Assembly: GCA_043806595.1 (NCBI GenBank)
Contig: JAZDGU010000018.1
Span: forward strand, 10,284 to 74,283
Direction of reading: 5' to 3'
DNA length: 64,000 nucleotides
Source: Candidatus Micrarchaeota archaeon
Lineage (GTDB): Archaea; Micrarchaeota; Micrarchaeia; Norongarragalinales; SBBD01
The first letter of the stretch is position 1. Every line of letters begins with the position of its first letter. Below are positions 28,581 to 38,567 of the stretch, one piece after another. A program made the position numbers and the translations under genes. The notes under the pieces were generated by a model. It was not told the DNA's origin and did no database searches. It saw only the letters and a list, made by a program, of their open reading frames with translations.

Positions 28581-31151
28581 TCAGTTCATTTGGACGATCT
28601 CGGGCATGTCGGCGGCAGAAGGCGGCTTTGGCTTGTGAAGAGTGGAGGAGTAATACACTGCGCCGCCTACTAAGGCGACTGCGGCAATGCCCGCGAGCCA
28701 GTAGTTGAACGACGACTTGTTCGCCCTCGACTTTACCAAAAGGTCGCCGATCTTGACGCGCGCCTTATCCCAAAGCGCCTTGGCGGCATCAAAACGACCC
28801 TGGCGTTCCTGTTCCTTTGCCTGGGAGATGATTTCCTGCACTTCATGCTTCTCGTCATCAAACGGAAGCTCGTCCAAAGCAGCCTCGACCTCCTCGTTCG
28901 ACTCGGGGATAACTACATACCTGGCGCCAAACAGCGTCGGAGAAGGACAAGGAACGGCAGTAATGGAAGGCCGCGGCGAAGGAGTCGGCGTGCCGTAATA
29001 GCCTCCGCCCGAATAACCTCCGCCGCCCCCGCCGCCGCAAGTGTAGGCATGCGAACAAACGCCTGCACTGCACGAGTCCGCGGTGCACGAGTTGCCGTCG
29101 TCACAGGAAACGCCGCAGCACAAGTCAAGCTTGACGCACCCGCCCCAAGTCAAGTCCTCGCCGCATGTCCTCATGCCATCGCACTCGCCAAAAGTGCATT
29201 CCTCTTGCAAGCCCTCCTCACCGCAAGGCTCTGGAGTCGGAGTCTGGGAAGGGGTGGGAGTCGACGTAACCGTGGGCGTGGCAGTCGGGGTGGCGGAAGG
29301 CGTCGGAGTCGGCGTGCTGGCTGAATAGCACTGGCCGTAGCAGCAGTACTGGCCCGAAGGGCACGAGCCGGTGTAGTCCGGCCAGCACTGGCCCCAATGG
29401 CCGCACGTATCGCCGAAACAACTGCCGCCCATCGTGCCGCACTCCGTGCCAGGCGGGGAAGGCGAGGGCGTTGGAGTGGGTGAAGGAGTGGCAGTGGGAG
29501 TCGCGGTAACCGTGGGGGTCGGAGTGACTACGCCCTCGCACTGCGTCAGGCAGCAGTAGTCGGAATCGCCCGCGGGAAGCCATTGGTCGCCCGGACAAAC
29601 CTCATCCGGCGAACACACATACCCGCCCTGTTCGGCGCAGGTCGGGAGCAAGGCCTCGCTGGCGAGGTACAGCACCCAGTCGAGGGAGGGGTTGTTCGGA
29701 GGGGAGAGCACGAGGTTGCCGGGACCCACGGTGCCCTGCGATGCGACGGTTCCCGCGCGCGGGTCGAACCACGCGAAAGCGAAGTCGTGCGCGATTTCCG
29801 AGGCGCTCAGCGTCACGGTTCCGCCCGCGGGCTCGAAGCAAATGTAGCCGACTGCGGTTTCCGCTAGGCAATGCGCGTCAGAGCCCGCGGACTGCAGGAC
29901 CGTGTCGCGGGGGGACATGCGCTGGAAGGCAGGCTGCAGGGAATCGAAGAAGGCGTCGAATTCGGCTAGCCCGGAACCCGTGCCGGTGCCCGCGGCGCCG
30001 CCGACCAAGGCCATCCAGAGCTTCCTGCGCATGTTGATGTCGTTGTCGTCGTCGTTGAACCCGAATTCCTCGTTGATGAGGGGCTTCGGCGGGTTGGGGA
30101 GAAGGTAGTTCGTCCTCGTGTGCAGGTAGTTGCCTTGGTAGGAGACGCCGTTGCCCGCCTGCGTCGCCATGAAGTCGAACAACGGGTTGTTGGGGAAGGC
30201 GAAGTTGCCGGTCAGGCCGTGGATGGACACGGGCCTGCCGAAGGGATTGTAGGATTGCGCGTACCCGGAGAAGGTGAGCGCCTCGTTCTGCGAGAAATAC
30301 TCGTCCCACTCGAGCGCGACCACGAACATGGTGTTATAGGCGGAAAGGCGGGACATCGCGTACTTGATGTAGCGCTCGGCTGCGGGGAAAGGGATGCTGC
30401 CCGTCCAGAAGCCGCCGTCCGAGAAGAACCACAGCTCGGCGACGATGCCTTCGAGTGCGAGGCGCGCGATTTCCTGCTCATAAACCTTCCAGTGCGCGAG
30501 GTTCATGTGCTCCAGGTCGGGGCTGTTGATGCTGCCCAGCCAAGGATTCGTAGGGTAAGCCGCGATATAGTCGTTGCCGTTGGCGAGGTAGATGTTCATC
30601 TTGTTGGCGCGGATCGCGCGCGCCCTCGCGAGGTACTGCAGGCGGTGGGCCTCGTTCACGTTGTCCGACAGGTACAGGTGCGTCCAGCGAACGGGGTCGG
30701 GGCCGGCAACGCGGTCGAGGAAGTTGCCGTGCAGGTGGACGGAATCGCCCTCGGAATAACGGAACCAGTGGCCGTTGTCGGGGTCGACGATTATGGGACC
30801 CTTGTTGGCGGAAGGCAGCACGGTCACGGTTCCGGTCAGCCCGTCCATTGAGGAGTGCCCGGAGGACGTGACGTAGGTCCAAAGGCCTTCCTCGTCGCCC
30901 GCGAACCGCACGCTCCACACGTTCCCGGTCTGCCCGCCGTTGCCGTCGCCCTCGAAAAACCCGAAGGCGACGATTTGCCTCTGCGTGTGGCTGGTGAAGG
31001 TGACGGTCAGGTCGACGTCGAAGGGGTTGGAATAGGCGTTGGTGGACACGAAGTCGATGGAGAGCACGTCGTGCTTGGGAATCTGGTAGTCGGCGGCGGC
31101 CGAAGTGCATAGGAAGAGGAGAAGGGTGAAGGCGGGAACAAGTCGACGCAT
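28581..31151 (-). CDS. Membrane-anchored surface protein: DUF5060/DUF4038 glycoside-hydrolase-like domains, Cys-rich modules, TP linkers
   Basis: Signal peptide; NPFD...GFFEG...WSVRF...GLWTY; WFDPRAG...DWVL; PT repeats; CDDGNSCTADSC; C-terminal TM. Confidence 0.75.
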   Translation of the reverse strand: MRRLVPAFTLLLFLCTSAAADYQIPKHDVLSIDFVSTNAYSNPFDVDLTVTFTSHTQRQIVAFGFFEGDGNGGQTGNVWSVRFAGDEEGLWTYVTSSGHSSMDGLTGTVTVLPSANKGPIIVDPDNGHWFRYSEGDSVHLHGNFLDRVAGPDPVRWTHLYLSDNVNEAHRLQYLARARAIRANKMNIYLANGNDYIAAYPTNPWLGSINSPDLEHMNLAHWKVYEQEIARLALEGIVAELWFFSDGGFWTGSIPFPAAERYIKYAMSRLSAYNTMFVVALEWDEYFSQNEALTFSGYAQSYNPFGRPVSIHGLTGNFAFPNNPLFDFMATQAGNGVSYQGNYLHTRTNYLLPNPPKPLINEEFGFNDDDNDINMRRKLWMALVGGAAGTGTGSGLAEFDAFFDSLQPAFQRMSPRDTVLQSAGSDAHCLAETAVGYICFEPAGGTVTLSASEIAHDFAFAWFDPRAGTVASQGTVGPGNLVLSPPNNPSLDWVLYLASEALLPTCAEQGGYVCSPDEVCPGDQWLPAGDSDYCCLTQCEGVVTPTPTVTATPTATPSPTPTPSPSPPGTECGTMGGSCFGDTCGHWGQCWPDYTGSCPSGQYCCYGQCYSASTPTPTPSATPTATPTVTSTPTPSQTPTPEPCGEEGLQEECTFGECDGMRTCGEDLTWGGCVKLDLCCGVSCDDGNSCTADSCSAGVCSHAYTCGGGGGGGYSGGGYYGTPTPSPRPSITAVPCPSPTLFGARYVVIPESNEEVEAALDELPFDDEKHEVQEIISQAKEQERQGRFDAAKALWDKARVKIGDLLVKSRANKSSFNYWLAGIAAVALVGGAVYYSSTLHKPKPPSAADMPEIVQMN

Positions 31152-31329
31152 GGCCAAACCACCGGACATTGAAGAGCAGGTAATCAAATAAAAACGCAGC
31201 GCATTCCCGGGGGGGAAAAGGGGTGCGGGGGCGAGGGGCGGGGGGTGGGAGGACAGGGCACATGGGGGCAAGGCGTATAAATTAGGCCGCCGCAAAGCAT
31301 ATCATAACGGAGGGGCGGGGGTGGTTTGA

Positions 31330-32277
31330 ATGAAGGCCATGATTTCCGAGTTGAAGGAAGGACAGCAGGTGGACTCGCTTTTCAGCGTCAAGTACAAGCG
31401 CGACGTCCTGCAGTACGCGAACGGCTGGAGGTTCGCGTTCGGGGCAAGCGACCGCACCGGCGAGGTAGAAGTCAGCTACTGGGGCGCGAACGACGAGGCG
31501 CGCGTGCGGAAGGCGCACGCGGCATTCGGGGAAGGAAGCGTCGTGCGAGTTGTCGGGCTCGTCGGCTCGTACAAGGGAAGGAAGAAGATTGACGTCAACG
31601 AGGGCAAGGGCCTCATCGAGCCCGCAGGGGAATACGACATCGCCGACTTCCTGGCACACACCGCGAAAGACGTCGGGGGAATGTACGCCGAACTCCTCGG
31701 GATGGTGGAAAGCGTCACGCACCCCGGGCTGAAGAAGCTGCTGGAAGCGTTCTTCAACGATTCCGGGTTCGCGGAGAGGTTCAGGCAGGCGCCGGGGGCC
31801 ATGCAGATGCACCACGCGTGGGTAGGCGGCCTCCTCGAGCACACGCTCGCTGTGGCGCGCATAAGCAGGAACGCGGCGCCGGAATACGGCGCGGACCTGG
31901 ATCTGGTGACCGCGGGCGCGCTCCTGCACGACATCGGCAAGATGCGGGAGTACGAGGTGACCACGAACATTAAAATCGGCGAGGAGGGCATGCTCCGCGG
32001 CCACACTGCCATCGGGGAGGAGACGGTGAGGCGGAAGGCGATTGAAACCGGACTCGACGGGCAGACGCTCCTCAAGCTGTCGCACATGATTCTCTCCCAC
32101 CACGGCGAGCTCTCGAACGGCGCGCCCAAGACGCCCATGTTCGCGGAGGCGGCAATCGTGCACTTCGCCGACTACCTGGACGCGAGGGCCGCGCGGCTTG
32201 CCCAGGTGAAGAGGGAGGCGACGACGGAAGACTTCCGCGTGTACGACGGCAAGGCCGGGGAAGTCTACCTGCGTTGA
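31330..32277 (+). CDS. yhaM: YhaM/Cbf1-like 3'-5' exoribonuclease (OB + HD)
   Basis: OB fold (SDRTGE), HHAWVGGLLEHT, LLHDIGK, GH, SHHG, HFADYLD. Confidence 0.88.
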   Translation: MKAMISELKEGQQVDSLFSVKYKRDVLQYANGWRFAFGASDRTGEVEVSYWGANDEARVRKAHAAFGEGSVVRVVGLVGSYKGRKKIDVNEGKGLIEPAGEYDIADFLAHTAKDVGGMYAELLGMVESVTHPGLKKLLEAFFNDSGFAERFRQAPGAMQMHHAWVGGLLEHTLAVARISRNAAPEYGADLDLVTAGALLHDIGKMREYEVTTNIKIGEEGMLRGHTAIGEETVRRKAIETGLDGQTLLKLSHMILSHHGELSNGAPKTPMFAEAAIVHFADYLDARAARLAQVKREATTEDFRVYDGKAGEVYLR

Positions 32278-32318
32278 CTCCGCGGGACTTGCCCGCCATG
32301 GTTGCCGGCCGCCGGTTC

Positions 32319-32414
32319 AAGCAGGACCAACTCCTCCAGCGCCTGCGCCAGCAGCCCAGCGTAGGCTCTCGCGTCGACTTCCTCCGGCTTCGCCATTGCC
32401 AGCGGGGGCTTGCC
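32319..32414 (-). pseudogene. Remnant resembling a family-B DNA polymerase C-terminus (copy 2)
   Basis: GKPPLAMAKPEEVDARAYAGLLAQALEELVLL; 15/25 aa identical to the remnant at 34042-34164. Confidence 0.45.
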
Positions 32415-32415
32415 C

Positions 32416-33729
32416 TCAAAGAGGGGGCGTGGGAGTCGGAGTGTCGGTGGGCGTCGGGGCGGGGGTCGGCGTGGGCGTTGGAGTAGGCGTCGGCTCGGGC
32501 GTAGATGTTGGCGAAGGAGTGGGACTTGCCGTGGGCGTTGGGGTCGGCGTCGGCGCAGGCATGCAGTCCACCGCCGGGGTGCAGCCGTCGGCGCAGCCGG
32601 TCACCACCGGAACGAAGCCCTCGTGGCAAGCGAAGCCCTCGGGAATCGCGGCGCACTGATTCGGGTCAAGTACCTTGCAGCAGCCGGTGCCCGTGAAGAC
32701 GCATTCCGGTGCGGCCGAAGGAGTAGGCGTGAGAGTCGGATGCGGAGTCGTTGAAGGGCTAGGGACCGGAGTCGTCGTGGGAGCGCACGTTGCTGCCGCA
32801 TTACAGTCGGGCGCGCAACCGATGACCTTCGGAACCAGGGGCGGATCGCACGCGAAGTGCGGCGGAATCGCGGCGCACGTGTTCAAATCCGAAGTGCGGC
32901 AGCAGCCCTCGCCCGTGAAGACGCACTCCGGCTCGGGAGTTGCAGCCACAGTCGCGGTAACGGTCGCCCCGATATTCGGACACTTGAAGCACGCCTCGGA
33001 AGGCGAGTCCCCGCAGGAGTAAGACGCGAGAACGACGCAGCCGCGCGCATTCTCTTCATCCCTGGAAAGGCAAGCATAGTCCTCGGGGCAGGAATGCTTG
33101 GGGGCAACGGGCGCGTTAGCGGGCTTCTGGCCAGTAGTCTCGGCGCCGTCGCCCACGTACCTCGTCAGTTTCTCCGTCGAATAACAGTCTTCGGTGGACG
33201 TTTTCGCCCAGAAGTCGTCAAAATTGGCGCCGCTCCCGAAGCATACGTGCGTCGGGACCATCTCGGTGGCCCTCAGCCGCCTGAACAAGTAGGCGTTGTA
33301 GACCGGCTCGGTGAAGTCCTTCTCGATGGCCGAGCCGACGAGCTTCTTCGCGCTCCACAGCTGGGTCTTGCTCAAATAAATGTGTTTCAGCTCCGGGTCG
33401 AAGCTGTTGCTTACGGAGTTGGACAGAAGCCTTTTCGAGCCGGCCGAGCCCTCGGCTTTCAGCCATTCCTCGCGCCCGACTTCCTTGTCATCGGACTTCA
33501 GGATGACGATGCCGTAGGTGATGGTGATTCCCTCGCCGGGGGCGGCAATCTCCTCCGCCCAGGATGCGACGGAAGTCTGGGTGGGAAAGACGGTGAACCT
33601 CGCGGCGTAAAGCACTTCCACCTCGTCGAACTGGTAGGTGATTTTCGGGGCGTCCTGCGCGACCGCCGGCACGGAAAACGCGGCTGCCAGGACCGCAAGC
33701 GACACCAAAACGAATCTCGGGATGTTCAT
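32416..33729 (-). CDS. Secreted protein with two 48-aa eight-Cys repeats and a PT tail
   Basis: Signal peptide; repeats at 32785-32928 and 32563-32706. Confidence 0.75.
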   Translation of the reverse strand: MNIPRFVLVSLAVLAAAFSVPAVAQDAPKITYQFDEVEVLYAARFTVFPTQTSVASWAEEIAAPGEGITITYGIVILKSDDKEVGREEWLKAEGSAGSKRLLSNSVSNSFDPELKHIYLSKTQLWSAKKLVGSAIEKDFTEPVYNAYLFRRLRATEMVPTHVCFGSGANFDDFWAKTSTEDCYSTEKLTRYVGDGAETTGQKPANAPVAPKHSCPEDYACLSRDEENARGCVVLASYSCGDSPSEACFKCPNIGATVTATVAATPEPECVFTGEGCCRTSDLNTCAAIPPHFACDPPLVPKVIGCAPDCNAAATCAPTTTPVPSPSTTPHPTLTPTPSAAPECVFTGTGCCKVLDPNQCAAIPEGFACHEGFVPVVTGCADGCTPAVDCMPAPTPTPTPTASPTPSPTSTPEPTPTPTPTPTPAPTPTDTPTPTPPL

Positions 33730-33968
33730 GACAACGCCTTTTCTACCGCCTCCTCGATTACGCCGCCGGGGTACGTCGTGGGGACTGGGGTGGGCACCGG
33801 CGTGGCCGTAGCCGTCGGAGTCGGAGTTGCCGTGAGCGTGGGGGAAGGGGTTTGCGTCGGGACAGGAGTCGGGCCGGCGGCGGGCTGGGTGCAGCCGGCT
33901 GTGAGCAATGCGGTGAAAGCGATTGCCGCGAAGACCATGCCGGTTTGCTGTGCACGGTCCATGCGCAT
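33726..33968 (-). CDS. Small Pro/Thr-rich lipoprotein-like protein
   Basis: LLTAGC lipobox-like motif, then PT repeats; stop overlaps the next start. Confidence 0.55.
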   Translation of the reverse strand: MRMDRAQQTGMVFAAIAFTALLTAGCTQPAAGPTPVPTQTPSPTLTATPTPTATATPVPTPVPTTYPGGVIEEAVEKALS

Positions 33969-34041
33969 CGGATTAAGGCACGCGACCGCCCTTTATATTG
34001 CTTTGGCACTACCGCCGGGGGTAGTTGAATCAGCCGGGGCG

Positions 34042-34164
34042 CTACAATGCCAACAGCTCCTCCAGAGACTGCCCCAGCAGCCCGGAATAGGCGGCGATAT
34101 CCAATTCATCCGCCTTGGCGCGGCTGGCGGGCTTGGCGCCGTGGACGGTCAGAACGAAGTCGAT
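34042..34164 (-). pseudogene. Remnant resembling a family-B DNA polymerase C-terminus (copy 1)
   Basis: IDFVLTVHGAKPASRAKADELDIAAYSGLLGQSLEELLAL* resembles the PolB thumb ending I.YV.T..G..P......D...Y...L. Confidence 0.5.
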
Positions 34165-34671
34165 GGAATGGCGGCTGTCGCCGTCCTCGCCCTGAGTCGT
34201 CCACGTATGCACAACCCCCTACCCTTTCTCCCTTCGTTCCAGTTACACTGGATTGAAATTGCCGGGGCGGTGGTTAAATCTTCGTTGCCGCACGCATCTC
34301 CCGCCGGTGTCCAGCGACGGGTCCGAACAGCCGGAATAGGCCTGCACGCAAAGCGGGAAGACGATGAGGAGAACCAGCACGGGACCGGCCGCGGTCGCAG
34401 GAATTCGCATTTGCCTTCGACACTAATAGGGGAAGGAGGTATATATTGCTTTCAAATGGAGGTCAGGGTTTCCTGCCGGGGATTAAACGGCATTATCCGA
34501 TTGCAAATGAGTTTGAAAGACACACCCCTGAAGCGAACATGTTGAATGCCAACCAACGACTTCGGGGCCATTGCCGCCGGACGCACTAAGGGATACTACT
34601 TCAGCGCAAGGAAAAACGGCATGCAGGCGAAAGCGTTTTAACCCCCGGGCGGCAAAGCCAATGCGATTGGA

Positions 34672-36054
34672 ATGGACGGCAAGAGGCAGATCGAGAGGGT
34701 GAAAAGCGCGGTCCTGCCGGTGGCAGGCGCGTTGGTCCTCGGGCTGGCTGCGCTGCTGTTCCTTTCCGCGATACGCGCCAGCCTTTTCTCCGACACCGGC
34801 CATGAGACGCGCATCTGGTTCGAGATAACCTTCCTGCTTCTGCTCGCGGTGCTCGCCGAACTGCTCGTGTTCTACCTCAGGCAGCCGGTGGTGATGGTGC
34901 TGCTCCTCGTCGGCGTGTTAATCGCCCCGGGAACCATCAACCTTACCTGGCCGGTCATCGCCGGAATAATAAACGCGCTGCTTTCGGCGGTATCAAACTG
35001 GAACATTCCAACCCAAGTGCCAAACCTGGTGCCCCTCGAGGGGACGGTGATGGTCTTCGCCAAGCTCGGCTCCATCATCCTTCTGTTCCAGATCGGACTT
35101 CATTCGGAGATACAGAAGATATTCAACGGCAAGAACTTCGTTGTGGCCATCCTAGGGGTCGTGCTGCCGTTCGCCGCGGGGTTCGCCTACGCGTCGTGGA
35201 CGGGCGGCGGGTTCGCATACGCGCTTTTCCTCGGCGCGGCCCTGACGGCGACGAGCGTGGGAGTGACGGTCGCCGTGCTCCAGGAGTTCGGCGTGATGAA
35301 CAAGGACTACGCGCAGATAATCCTCGGAGCCGCCGTTATCGACGACATCCTCGCGCTGCTCGCGCTTTCCTTCGTCAAGAACGTGCCGACGGCGCTTACC
35401 CCCGAGGCGCTCACGCCGCTCGCGATGGTGCTCGCGACTGCCGCGGTGTTCGTCATCGGCGGGATAAAGCTCGGCCAGTTCATCGTCCACAGGTACTTCT
35501 ACAGGTACACCGACGAGACATTCTCGAAAAAGACATTCCTGCTGGCGATGGCATTCCTGCTCATGTACGCGTACGTCGCGGAAGTCGTCGGGCTGTCGGC
35601 GATAGTCGGCGCGTTCATCGCCGGCATAACCCTCAACTACAGCCCAGTGATCCGCAAGATAAACGAGCTCATGGCGCCACTGGAAATGCTGTTCACGCCG
35701 ATTTTCTTCATCTCGCTCGGAATGTTCGTGGACGTGGAGTCGATTCCCGGCGAGATTGTCCCGATTCTCGTCATTAGCGTAATCGCAGTGCTGGCAAAAG
35801 TCGTCGGGTGCGGAGGAGCGGCGCTGCTGGGCGGCGCCGGCAGGAAGGACGCGCTAATCGTCGGGCTGGGCATGGTCCCCCGCGGCGAGATCGCGCTCAT
35901 CATCGGCCTCTACGGCCTCACGGCGATGGTGAACGGCGAGCCGGCAATCACTGCAGCAGAGTACACGATAATCTCGGCGATGGCGTTCATCACGACCATT
36001 ATCGTGCCGCCAATACTGCAGAAGATGATTACCGTAAAGGCATCGGCGGCCTAG
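34672..36054 (+). CDS. Cation:proton antiporter (CPA2, NapA/KefB-like)
   Basis: LLFQIGL, TATSVGVT, AAVIDDIL, GAFIAG, PIFFISLG, GMVPRGE. Confidence 0.92.
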   Translation: MDGKRQIERVKSAVLPVAGALVLGLAALLFLSAIRASLFSDTGHETRIWFEITFLLLLAVLAELLVFYLRQPVVMVLLLVGVLIAPGTINLTWPVIAGIINALLSAVSNWNIPTQVPNLVPLEGTVMVFAKLGSIILLFQIGLHSEIQKIFNGKNFVVAILGVVLPFAAGFAYASWTGGGFAYALFLGAALTATSVGVTVAVLQEFGVMNKDYAQIILGAAVIDDILALLALSFVKNVPTALTPEALTPLAMVLATAAVFVIGGIKLGQFIVHRYFYRYTDETFSKKTFLLAMAFLLMYAYVAEVVGLSAIVGAFIAGITLNYSPVIRKINELMAPLEMLFTPIFFISLGMFVDVESIPGEIVPILVISVIAVLAKVVGCGGAALLGGAGRKDALIVGLGMVPRGEIALIIGLYGLTAMVNGEPAITAAEYTIISAMAFITTIIVPPILQKMITVKASAA

Positions 36055-36326
36055 GTAATCCTGCATGCTTGGGCGGAGAAAATGGATTCGCTGATCGTTG
36101 AACCGCGGTTCCACGATCGTGGAAGCACAATTGATACGTTTTTATATCTCGGAAAGCCCCAAACAAGGAGCCGGGTGAAATCTTCCCGGATGGCCGATCG
36201 GGCGGATTGCTTTCCGCGGGGAAGAGTCGCAGCGGCATGGTTTATCCTGTCCGATGCCGCGTACTGGCTGAACGGCCAATGCCGTGAATAACTGATGGGC
36301 GCGTACATCAAGCGTGGAAAAAACGG

Positions 36327-37781
36327 ATGAACCAATTCATTTCGAAGATAACCGAGAGGCTGGCCGGAAGGAGGCTCATCGTGGCGTCGAGCAGCGAACC
36401 GTACGTCCACTATTTGGAGGAGGAGGAAATCAAGTGGAGGCGTGGCACCGGGGGAGTGGTGACCGCGCTGGACCCGGTCCTCGCAGCCACAGGCGGGACG
36501 TGGGTCGCCCAGTCGTCGGGGGACGCCGACCGGCAGGCCTGCGATGAGAAGGGGTACGTGAAGGTCCCGCCGGAAAGCGGGGCGTACACCCTCAAGCGCA
36601 TCTTCGTATCGAAAAAGGACGCGGCCGCATGCGGCAACGCGGCGAACGGCGCGCTCTGGCCGCTTTCGCACATAGTATACGTGAGGCCGCGTTTCGTCGA
36701 CGAGGAATGGGAGGCATTCCGGCAGGTTAACCGGCGGTTCGCGGAGGCGATAGCCGAGGAGGCCAAAAAAGGCGAAAGCGTCGTCTGGCTCAACGACTAC
36801 CAGCTCGTGCTGTGCGCGAAATACGTTAAGGAGCTGGTTCCCGACGTGCCGACGGTCTACTTCTGGCACATCCCGTGGCCGAACCCGCAGGTCTTCAAAA
36901 TCTGCCCCTGGCACGTGGAAATCATGGACGCGGTGCTCTCCAACGACATCATCGGGTTCCACACCCGCTACCATTCCGTCAACTTCCTGGACTCCGTGGA
37001 CCAGACGATCGAGGCCCGCGTAGACCGCCCGGCGTCGTCCGTGCACTACAAGGGCAGGGAGGTCACCGTGCGCGCGCTGCCCATCAGCGTCGACTTCGAC
37101 GGGATTAGCGCCGCAGCGGAAAATGTCGGCGAGGGCGCGATTAGGAGGGCGAAGCGCAGGTACGGCATAGGCAAGGGGGCGCTGGTGGTCGGCATCGACC
37201 GCATGGATTACACGAAGGGATTGGCGGAGAAGATCAAGGCTATTGACGAATTCCTGCAGAAGCACCCAGAAAGCGCCGAAAAAATCACGCTCGTGCAGAT
37301 TGCCTCGCCGACGCGCACGCACCTCGAGGCATACAGGCAGACTGCGGAGGAGGTGGAAACGCTCGTGGAGGAGGTCAACTGGAGGAACTCCACCGACTCG
37401 TGGAAGCCCATTATCTTCGAGAACAGGTATGCGTCCACGGAGGAAATCTACACGCTCTACGGCCTCGCGGACGTATGCATCATCACGCCGCTCCATGACG
37501 GCATGAACCTCGTCTCGAAGGAGTTCGTGGCCGCGAAAAACGACGGCAACGGCGTGCTCATACTGAGCAAGTTCGCCGGCTCGAACGCGGAGCTCAAGGA
37601 CGCGCTTTCCGTCAACCCGTTCTCCACGAACGAGGTCGTCGCCGCGCTGGAGACCGCGCTCCAGATGCCGATTGAGGAGAGGCGGGAACGGATGACGCGC
37701 CTGCGCGCGGAAGTCGGTGAAAACAACGTCTTCAAGTGGGCCTCGGATTTCCTGAGCATGGCCGCCAAGGTAAGGGGTTGA
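36327..37781 (+). CDS. otsA: Trehalose-6-phosphate synthase
   Basis: GGVVTAL, LWPLSH, NDYQL, FWHIPWP, IDRMDYTKG, DGMNLVSKE, SKFAG. Confidence 0.93.
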   Translation: MNQFISKITERLAGRRLIVASSSEPYVHYLEEEEIKWRRGTGGVVTALDPVLAATGGTWVAQSSGDADRQACDEKGYVKVPPESGAYTLKRIFVSKKDAAACGNAANGALWPLSHIVYVRPRFVDEEWEAFRQVNRRFAEAIAEEAKKGESVVWLNDYQLVLCAKYVKELVPDVPTVYFWHIPWPNPQVFKICPWHVEIMDAVLSNDIIGFHTRYHSVNFLDSVDQTIEARVDRPASSVHYKGREVTVRALPISVDFDGISAAAENVGEGAIRRAKRRYGIGKGALVVGIDRMDYTKGLAEKIKAIDEFLQKHPESAEKITLVQIASPTRTHLEAYRQTAEEVETLVEEVNWRNSTDSWKPIIFENRYASTEEIYTLYGLADVCIITPLHDGMNLVSKEFVAAKNDGNGVLILSKFAGSNAELKDALSVNPFSTNEVVAALETALQMPIEERRERMTRLRAEVGENNVFKWASDFLSMAAKVRG

Positions 37782-38563
37782 CTGCCGTGCGCGTTCCACA
37801 CACGTTCCGCAGACGGCTCGGCGAATGCAAGCGCCTCCTGTGCGCGTTCGACTTCGACGGGACGCTCTCCGAGATCGCCCCCACGCCCGGGCAGGCAGCG
37901 GTATCCCGGGGAATGCGCGAGATGCTCGTCCGGCTGGAGGGGCTCGCCGACGTCGTAATCGTGAGCTCGAGGAGGGCGGGCGAGCTCAGGAAAAAGCTGC
38001 CTTTCCTCAGGCGCGCAGGATTCTACGGAATGCATGGGCTGGAGACCCCGCACGGCAAGCTGAAGGTGCCCCGGGGGCGTCTGGCCGCTGTCGAATCGGC
38101 AAAGGCGGAGGCGGCAAGGCTCATCGCACCGTTCAAGGGCGCATGGATAGAGGGCAAGGATTCCGGATTCTCGGTGCATTTCAGGGACGTCGCGCCCGCA
38201 AGGCAGGAACCGCTCGCGGAGGCGCTGATGCGGAAGATGAAAAGCAGGCGACTGCTGGTCTACCGCGGGAGGAAGGCGGTTGAAGTGCTCGCCCGGGGAA
38301 GCCCCACGAAGGCCTCCACGCTGCACTCGATTTCAAGACGATTGCCGCAGGGCACGCTTATGCTTTTCTTCGGCGACGACGAGGCCGACGAGGCCGCGTT
38401 CCAGGCGCTCGCACGCGAAAAGAACTTCGTAGGCGTCGCGGTGGGCAGGAAAAAGACGTCCGCGGGGCTGACCGTGATAAACCCGCGCGGAGTCGAGGAA
38501 TTCCTGCGCTATATTAATAACCTCCTATCGCTAACGAATCCGGCGGGAGGGCCGCCGGTGTGA
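37778..38563 (+). CDS. otsB: Trehalose-6-phosphate phosphatase
   Basis: FDFDGTL, HGLE, SVHFR, GRKAVEV, GDDEADE; coupled to otsA. Confidence 0.88.
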   Translation: MTAVRVPHTFRRRLGECKRLLCAFDFDGTLSEIAPTPGQAAVSRGMREMLVRLEGLADVVIVSSRRAGELRKKLPFLRRAGFYGMHGLETPHGKLKVPRGRLAAVESAKAEAARLIAPFKGAWIEGKDSGFSVHFRDVAPARQEPLAEALMRKMKSRRLLVYRGRKAVEVLARGSPTKASTLHSISRRLPQGTLMLFFGDDEADEAAFQALAREKNFVGVAVGRKKTSAGLTVINPRGVEEFLRYINNLLSLTNPAGGPPV

Positions 38564-38567
38564 AACG

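Noticed and set aside
29230..33870. Short tandem repeats as a CRISPR array
   Set aside because: They are degenerate codons of Pro/Thr linkers; there is no constant repeat-spacer period and no cas gene.
34243..34410. 55-aa minus-strand ORF with signal-like start
   Set aside because: Probably a decayed secreted-protein fragment; too little evidence to call.
32857..34545. 562-aa plus-strand ORF and other long track ORFs (e.g. 36051-37799, 4926-6104, 2592-3836)
   Set aside because: Antisense or shifted shadows of well-supported genes in GC-rich DNA, with no motifs.
36150..36326. c-di-AMP (ydaO) riboswitch
   Set aside because: Context fits, but I could not find the conserved ydaO core motifs; kept only as an unassigned leader.
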